Shown here: positions 8,337-13,465 of the stretch, piece by piece
How the letters are laid out: every line of letters starts with the position of its first letter
Position numbering within the stretch: the first letter of the stretch is position 1
Origin: a virus
DNA: 13,465 nucleotides
Virus genome (UHGV): UHGV-0042147
Strand: one strand, 5' to 3'
The notes under the pieces: model-generated
Told to the model about the DNA's origin: nothing
Database searches by the model: none
What the model saw: only the letters and a program-made list of their open reading frames with translations
Translations under genes and position numbers: made by a program

Positions 8337-8956
8337 GACTCGAAAGCGTAGCTAAATTTCATTCGCCAAAAAGCCCGATGATGAGCGACTCACCACGGGC
8401 TACGGCTTCTGACTCTCTTTCCGGTACTGATGTGATGGCTGCTATGGGGATGGCGCAATCACAAGCCGGATTCGGAATGGCTGCATTCTGCGGTAAGCAT
8501 GAACTCAGCCAGAACGACAAACAAAAGGCTATCAACTATCTGATGCAATTTGCACACAAGGTATCGGGGAAATACCGTGGCGTTGCAAAGCTTGAAGGAA
8601 ATACTAAGGCAAAGGTACTGCAAGTACTCGCAACATTCGCTTATGCGGATTATTGCCGTAGTGCCGCGACGCCGGGCGCAAGATGCAGAGATTGCCACGG
8701 TACAGGTCGTGCGGTTGATATAGCAAAAACAGAGCAGTGGGGGAGAGTTGTTGAGAAAGAGTGCGGAAGATGCAAAGGCGTCGGTTATTCAAGGATGCCA
8801 GCAAGCGCCGCATATCGCGCTGTAACGATGCTAATCCCCAACCTTACCCAACCCACCTGGTCACGCACTGTTAAGCCGCTGTATGACGCTCTGGTGGTGC
8901 AATGTCACAAAGAAGAGTCAATCGCAGACAACATTTTGAATGCGGTCACACGTTAG
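8333..8956 (+). CDS. Q: Late-gene antiterminator Q
   Basis: 207 aa beginning MRLESVAKFHSPKSPMMSDSPRATASDSL, with zinc-finger cysteines CRDCHGTG...CGRCKG. Matches lambda Q as remembered. ATGA overlap with ninH. Confidence 0.96.
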   Translation: MRLESVAKFHSPKSPMMSDSPRATASDSLSGTDVMAAMGMAQSQAGFGMAAFCGKHELSQNDKQKAINYLMQFAHKVSGKYRGVAKLEGNTKAKVLQVLATFAYADYCRSAATPGARCRDCHGTGRAVDIAKTEQWGRVVEKECGRCKGVGYSRMPASAAYRAVTMLIPNLTQPTWSRTVKPLYDALVVQCHKEESIADNILNAVTR

Positions 8957-8998
8957 CAGCATGATTGCCACGGATGGCAACATATTAACGGCATAATA

Positions 8999-9036
8999 TT
9001 GACTTTTTGAATAAAGTTGGGTAAATTTGACCCAAC
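8999..9036 (+). promoter_or_regulatory. Late promoter pR' with Q-utilisation (qut) site
   Basis: -35 TTGACT (8999-9004), -10 TAAATT (9022-9027), immediately downstream of Q as in lambda. Predicted transcript start about 9034-9035. Confidence 0.8.
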
Positions 9037-9227
9037 GATGGGTTAATTCGCTCGTTGTGGTAGTGAGATGAAAAGAGGCGGCGCTTACTACCGATTCCGC
9101 CTAGTTGGTCACTTCGACGTATCGTCTGGAACTCCAACCATCGCAGGCTGAGAGGTCTGCAAAATGCAATCCCGAAACAGTTCGCAGGTAATAGTTAGAG
9201 CCTGCATAACGGTTTCGGGATTTTTTA
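9035..9227 (+). ncRNA. pR' leader transcript (lambda 6S RNA equivalent) ending at tR'
   Basis: About 193 nt from the predicted pR' start to the terminator T-run. tR' is a long hairpin (CCCGAAAC 9171-9178 pairing with GTTTCGGG 9212-9219) followed by TTTTTT (9221-9226). The 5' end is approximate. Confidence 0.6.
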
Positions 9228-9678
9228 TATCTGTGCAACAGGTAAGAGCATTGAACCCGCAGACCTCGCGGAATTGGTGAAAGGTGCCGCGCAGTGCTCT
9301 TATCGTTGTGGTGAAGCTCAATGGCGAGCTAGCAGATAGGCGACAGTGAAAATACTAGTCATGTAGCTGACCGCCGCGCGTACTGCAATCGGCAGCGCAC
9401 CGATGGAAGCCGGTTCGATTCCGGCCGCCACAACCCAAACTGAGCCGTAGCCACTGGCTATCCTGAATTCATCAGTGATAGTTACGCTGCTGCCTTCTAC
9501 ACATGATCTTCGTGAAAGCGGGTGGCAGGAGGTCGCGCTAACAACCTCCTGCCGTTTTGCCCGTGCATATCGGTCACGAACAAATCTGATTACTAAACAC
9601 AGTAGCCTGGATTTGTTCTATCAGTAATCGACCTTATTCCTAATTAAATAGAGCAAATCCCCTTATTGGGGGTAAGAC

Positions 9679-10002
9679 ATGAAGATGCCAGAAAAACATG
9701 ACCTGTTAGCCGCGATTCTCGCGGCAAAGGAACAAGGCATCGGGGCAATCCTTGCGTTTGCAATGGCGTACCTTCGCGGCAGATATAATGGCGGTGCGTT
9801 TACAAAAACAGTAATCGACGCAACGATGTGCGCCATTATCGCCTGGTTCATTCGTGACCTTCTCGACTTCGCTGGACTAAGTAGCAATCTCGCTTATATA
9901 ACGAGCGTGTTCATCGGCTACATCGGTACTGACTCGATTGGTTCGCTTATCAAACGCTTCGCTGCTAAAAAAGCCGGAGTAGAAGATGGTGGAAATCAAT
10001 AA
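9679..10002 (+). CDS. S: Holin S (dual-start S107/S105)
   Basis: 107 aa starting MKM (Met1-Lys2-Met3 dual-start motif), three hydrophobic segments. Matches lambda S. Confidence 0.95.
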   Translation: MKMPEKHDLLAAILAAKEQGIGAILAFAMAYLRGRYNGGAFTKTVIDATMCAIIAWFIRDLLDFAGLSSNLAYITSVFIGYIGTDSIGSLIKRFAAKKAGVEDGGNQ

Positions 10003-10462
10003 TCAACGTAAGGCGTTCCTCGATATGCTGGCGTGGTCAGAGGGAACTGATAACGGACGTCAAAAAACCAGAAATCATGGTTATGACGTCATTGTTGGCG
10101 GAGAGCTATTCACTGATTACTCCGATCACCCTCGCAAACTTGTCACGCTAAACCCCAAACTCAAATCAACAGCCGCAGGACGTTACCAGCTTCTTTCCCG
10201 TTGGTGGGATGCCTACCGCAAGCAGCTTGGCCTGAAAGACTTCTCTCCGAAAAGTCAGGACGCTGTGGCATTGCAGCAGATTAAGGAGCGTGGCGCTTTG
10301 CCGATGATTGATCGCGGTGATATCCGTCAGGCAATCGACCGTTGCAGCAATATCTGGGCTTCACTGCCGGGTGCTGGTTATGGCCAGTTCGAGCATAAGG
10401 CTGACAGCCTGATTGCAAAATTCAAAGAAGCAGGCGGAACGGTCAGAGAGGTTGAGGTATGA
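9986..10462 (+). CDS. R: Endolysin R (lytic transglycosylase)
   Basis: 158 aa [22 protein letters not shown]... matches lambda R. Overlaps the S 3' end by 17 nt. Confidence 0.95.
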   Translation: MVEINNQRKAFLDMLAWSEGTDNGRQKTRNHGYDVIVGGELFTDYSDHPRKLVTLNPKLKSTAAGRYQLLSRWWDAYRKQLGLKDFSPKSQDAVALQQIKERGALPMIDRGDIRQAIDRCSNIWASLPGAGYGQFEHKADSLIAKFKEAGGTVREVEV

Positions 10463-10896
10463 GCAGAGTCACCGCGATTATTTCCGCTCTGGTTATCTGC
10501 ATCATCGTCTGCCTGTCATGGGCTGTTAATCATTACCGTGATAACGCCATCGCCTACAAAGAGCAGCGCGACAAAGCCGCATCCATCATCGCTGACATGC
10601 AGAAGCGTCAACGTGATATAGCAGAACTAGACGCCAGATACACAAAGGAGCTTGCTGATGCTAACGCGACTATCGAAAGTCTCCGTGCTGATGTTTCTGC
10701 TGGGCGTAAGCGCCTGCAAGTCGCCGCCACCTGTGCAAAGTCAACGACCGGAGCCAGCAGCATGGGCGATGGAGAAAGCCCAAGACTTACAGCAGATGCT
10801 GAACTCAATTATTACCGTCTACGAAGCGGAATCGACAGGATAACCGCGCAGGTTAACTACCTGCAGGAGTACATCAGGACTCAGTGCCTGAAATAA
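10459..10896 (+). CDS. Rz: Spanin inner-membrane subunit Rz (i-spanin)
   Basis: 145 aa. N-terminal transmembrane helix ([18 protein letters not shown]), then a coiled-coil-like region. N-terminus matches lambda Rz; middle and C-terminus diverge. ATGA overlap with R. Confidence 0.85.
   Translation: MSRVTAIISALVICIIVCLSWAVNHYRDNAIAYKEQRDKAASIIADMQKRQRDIAELDARYTKELADANATIESLRADVSAGRKRLQVAATCAKSTTGASSMGDGESPRLTADAELNYYRLRSGIDRITAQVNYLQEYIRTQCLK
10658..10843 (+). CDS. Rz1: Spanin outer-membrane lipoprotein Rz1 (o-spanin), embedded in Rz in the +1 frame
   Basis: ATG 10658 with AAGGAG 7 nt upstream (10645-10650). 61 aa with a signal peptide ending in a lipobox-like VSAC, followed by a proline-rich stretch ([12 protein letters not shown]). 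Lies entirely within Rz. Confidence 0.7.
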   Translation: MLTRLSKVSVLMFLLGVSACKSPPPVQSQRPEPAAWAMEKAQDLQQMLNSIITVYEAESTG

Positions 10897-10928
10897 TTTT
10901 TTTGCAAATCACAAAGTCTATTTAATGA

Positions 10929-10951
10929 GCCTCGCGATGCGGGGCTTTTTT
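10929..10951 (+). terminator. Intrinsic terminator downstream of the lysis cassette
   Basis: 7-bp stem including one G-U pair (GCCTCGC 10929-10935 / GCGGGGC 10939-10945), 3-nt loop, followed by TTTTTT (10946-10951). Confidence 0.6.
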
Positions 10952-11100
10952 ACATCTGAATTTCACAGCGCATCTCACGCGCATATTACATCACCCGAGC
11001 CTTTCAGAAAGTTGAGCCTGAGAACTGCCGTATATGGTGGCGACCATCTCGGGGCGGCTTTTCTGTGAGACAGGCTCACTTTCTAAAAGGTAAAGACGCT

Positions 11101-11619
11101 ATGAATCATCAATTGGCTAATCTCGATTTCCGGGACATGGTGGTTGTTTCTGGTGATCGCGTGATCACAACCTCCCGCAAGGTAGCAGCTTACTTCGACA
11201 AGCAGCATCACCACATCATTCAGAAAATCGAAAAGCTAGACTGTTCGGATGAATTTCTAACCAGCAACTTTTCGCGGGTTACCTATGAACACAAGGGTAA
11301 TCAGTATGTTGAATATGAAATTTCCAAAGACGGTGCGATGTACATCATCATGTCGTTTACCGGCAAAAAAGCTGCCGCCATCAAAGAGGCGTTTATCAAA
11401 GCATTTAATTGGATGCGTGACAGGCTGATGGAGATGGCTCACTCATACCAAAGAGAGCACAACGAGTTAATGCTGGAGTTCATGAAGGAAAAGGATGTTG
11501 CCAGTATGTCAGGACGCTTGCTGAACCGCTGGGGCAGGATCAAAAAACCGCAACTCATAGCAAGAATCAAAAGGCTTGAGCAGCAGGCGCAAATATCGAT
11601 CCCCGGACTGCCAAAGTGA
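11101..11619 (+). CDS. rha: Rha-family phage regulatory protein
   Basis: Probable start ATG 11101 (MNHQLANL...). Rha N-domain pattern VVVSGDRVITTSRKVAAYFDKQHHHIIQKIEKL. Positioned after the lysis genes, as rha is in P22-like phages. The ORF track's 11065 start is an upstream in-frame alternative. Confidence 0.8.
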   Translation: MNHQLANLDFRDMVVVSGDRVITTSRKVAAYFDKQHHHIIQKIEKLDCSDEFLTSNFSRVTYEHKGNQYVEYEISKDGAMYIIMSFTGKKAAAIKEAFIKAFNWMRDRLMEMAHSYQREHNELMLEFMKEKDVASMSGRLLNRWGRIKKPQLIARIKRLEQQAQISIPGLPK

Positions 11620-11971
11620 CCATTCCAAAGCCCATCTACGGGTGGGCTTGATAATGAAACCGTGATTTACATCCCCACAATCCGGGTATGTAAAAGATAG
11701 TTCAGGCGAGAACAGATTTAACTAAATCTGTGCACCACCAGTTACGGCAGTACCACGAAGCAACCCAAGCCAGTAAGTGGGGAAATAACACTGGCAGCCA
11801 CTGAAAGATGAACCTCCAGCCTTATGGCAAAAAAGATTCTTTGTGGTGGCGGACTGATGGAAAGACATCGGTTATTGCAGAGGCCATTCAATGAGTGGTC
11901 TCGACAATGGCTTATACCCTGCACGGGATAACTTAACTGATATCCCTTTTAACGGATAAACGGAGCCAACA

Positions 11972-12214
11972 ATGGCAGAGATTATTCCCATGACTGAAGA
12001 ACAGAAATTCCAGCTAGAGATTTACAAACTGGTCATGAACCAGAACGCAGCAGCAGAGGAAGCATTTCAGTTCATTGGTACTGACGAGCTGAAGCTTGAG
12101 CTATTCAAAATTCACTTCCAGTCAGGCGGCGCTAATTCGGATATCACGACCCGCACTATCGAAGCGGTGCGTAAATCGAAGGAAGCGTTAGACCTGTTCA
12201 CTACCGGAGCATAA
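11972..12214 (+). CDS. Hypothetical protein (80 aa) upstream of terminase
   Basis: ATG 11972 with GGAG at 11961-11964. Acidic, helical-looking product. No family recognised. Confidence 0.5.
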   Translation: MAEIIPMTEEQKFQLEIYKLVMNQNAAAEEAFQFIGTDELKLELFKIHFQSGGANSDITTRTIEAVRKSKEALDLFTTGA

Positions 12215-12293
12215 ACATGGCAACTCAAGGTTTCGACAACCCATCCAAATTCCGCGATGAATGGGATAAGCAAGCAGAAGGGAAATAATCAAT

Positions 12294-12719
12294 ATGGCGA
12301 CTGAGAAAAAGAACGTCGGTCGCCCTTCGGATTACCTGCCGGAGGTGGCTGATGATATCTGTGCGCTGCTTGCCTCCGGGGAAAGTCTGGTTAAGGTTTG
12401 CAAGCGCCCCGGCATGCCAGCAAAGGCTACTGTATTTCGCTGGCTGTCAGAGCATGACGAATTTAGAGACAAGTACGCGAAGGCAACTGAGGCACGAGCT
12501 GATTCTATTTTCGAAGAGATATTCGAAATTGCTGACAATGCGATTCCAGATGCTGCTGAGGTGGCAAAGGCAAGACTTCGCGTTGATACCCGCAAATGGG
12601 CGCTGGCCCGAATGAATCCACGTAAGTATGGCGACAAGGTAACTAATGAGCTTGTCGGCAAAGACGGCGGCGCAATCCAGATTGAAACATCACCGATGAG
12701 CACTCTATTCGGAAAATGA
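12294..12719 (+). CDS. Terminase small subunit (TerS)
   Basis: 141 aa. N-terminal [26 protein letters not shown]...TVFRWL is the HTH pattern of a common phage small-terminase family. ATGA overlap with the large subunit. Not lambda Nu1. Confidence 0.8.
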   Translation: MATEKKNVGRPSDYLPEVADDICALLASGESLVKVCKRPGMPAKATVFRWLSEHDEFRDKYAKATEARADSIFEEIFEIADNAIPDAAEVAKARLRVDTRKWALARMNPRKYGDKVTNELVGKDGGAIQIETSPMSTLFGK

Positions 12720-13438
12720 CCTCGATTAATCCTATCTTTGAACCGTTCATTGAGGCGCATCGCTACAAAGTCGCCAAAGGCGGTCGAGGTAGCGGTAAAT
12801 CATGGGCAATTGCGAGGCTGCTTGTTGAAGCGGCGCGTCGGCAGCCGGTGCGCATCCTCTGTGCTCGTGAACTGCAAAACAGTATCAGTGATTCGGTAAT
12901 CCGGCTGCTTGAAGATACCATCGAGCGTGAAGGGTATTCAGCTGAGTTTGAAATTCAGCGTTCAATGATTCGTCATCTCGGAACGAATGCTGAATTCATG
13001 TTCTACGGCATCAAAAACAACCCGACGAAGATTAAATCGCTCGAAGGTATTGATATCTGCTGGGTGGAAGAAGCGGAAGCGGTAACGAAGGAATCATGGG
13101 ATATCCTGATCCCAACCATCCGCAAGCCATTTTCCGAAATATGGGTGAGCTTCAACCCGAAAAACATCCTCGACGATACCTATCAGCGATTCGTAGTAAA
13201 CCCTCCCGATGATATTTGTCTGCTGACGGTGAACTACACCGACAACCCGCACTTTCCTGAAGTTCTCCGTCTGGAGATGGAAGAGTGTAAACGCAGAAAC
13301 CCGACACTGTATCGTCACATCTGGCTTGGTGAGCCAGTAAGCGCAAGTGATATGGCAATCATCAAACGTGAATGGCTTGAAGCTGCAACTGATGCGCACA
13401 AGCAACTCGGATGGAAAGCGAAGGGTGCGGTTGTTTGA
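12716..13438 (+). CDS. Terminase large subunit, ATPase domain only (240 aa; truncated, split or frameshifted)
   Basis: Walker [10 protein letters not shown], Walker B/catalytic Glu in ICWVEEAEA, coupling motif SFNP. The ORF stops at 13436-13438 after about 240 aa with no nuclease domain. The window ends 27 nt later. Confidence 0.8.
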   Translation: MTSINPIFEPFIEAHRYKVAKGGRGSGKSWAIARLLVEAARRQPVRILCARELQNSISDSVIRLLEDTIEREGYSAEFEIQRSMIRHLGTNAEFMFYGIKNNPTKIKSLEGIDICWVEEAEAVTKESWDILIPTIRKPFSEIWVSFNPKNILDDTYQRFVVNPPDDICLLTVNYTDNPHFPEVLRLEMEECKRRNPTLYRHIWLGEPVSASDMAIIKREWLEAATDAHKQLGWKAKGAVV

Positions 13439-13465
13439 AGTGGTCAACAAAAACTGGCCACCGAG

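Noticed and set aside
7902-8813. Minus-strand ORFs 7902-8282, 8459-8698 and 8604-8813 opposite rusA, ninH and Q
   Set aside because: Antisense to recognisable genes; the 126-aa one is Ser/Arg-rich low complexity.
9109-9321. Minus-strand 70-aa ORF overlapping the pR' leader and tR'
   Set aside because: Lies across a structured terminator and leader region and is antisense to late transcription; more likely non-coding.
10608-10808. Minus-strand 66-aa ORF inside Rz/Rz1
   Set aside because: Antisense to the nested spanin genes, which already use two frames on the + strand; Ala/Ser-rich composition of a shadow ORF.
11257-11924. Minus-strand ORFs 11257-11442 (inside rha) and 11742-11924 (in the non-coding interval)
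   Set aside because: No ribosome-binding sites; the first is antisense to rha and the second lies in the interval better explained as regulatory or packaging-site DNA.
12332-13450. ORFs 12332-12760 (-), 12352-12615 (+), 13094-13450 (-) and 13152-13358 (-) overlapping the terminase genes
   Set aside because: Out of frame or antisense to terminase subunits with clear motifs.

Overview
This window reads as the early-to-late region of a mosaic lambdoid prophage carrying phage-lambda immunity. Every gene except the cI operon is on the + strand. Order: OL/pL (56-116); a single 301-aa gene where lambda has rexA-rexB (307-1212, -); cI (-); OR/pRM/pR; cro; nutR; cII; a small ORF; an O-like initiator with internal ori iterons, broken by a run of N (3384-3502); a DnaB-type helicase (P22 gene 12-like, not lambda P); two tiny hydrophobic ORFs; a nin region (ninB, orphan Dam-type methyltransferase, ninE, ninF, Rha/KilAC antirepressor-like, ybcO-like, rusA, ninH); Q; pR'/qut/tR'; lysis cassette S-R-Rz/Rz1; a second Rha-family gene; then non-lambda terminase small and large subunits. 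The most interesting candidate is the 301-aa KilA-N-like gene in the rex position, a locus lambdoid prophages use for exclusion/abortive-infection cargo. Lambda identifications rest on recalled lambda protein and operator sequences, not on a database search; no tools were run.
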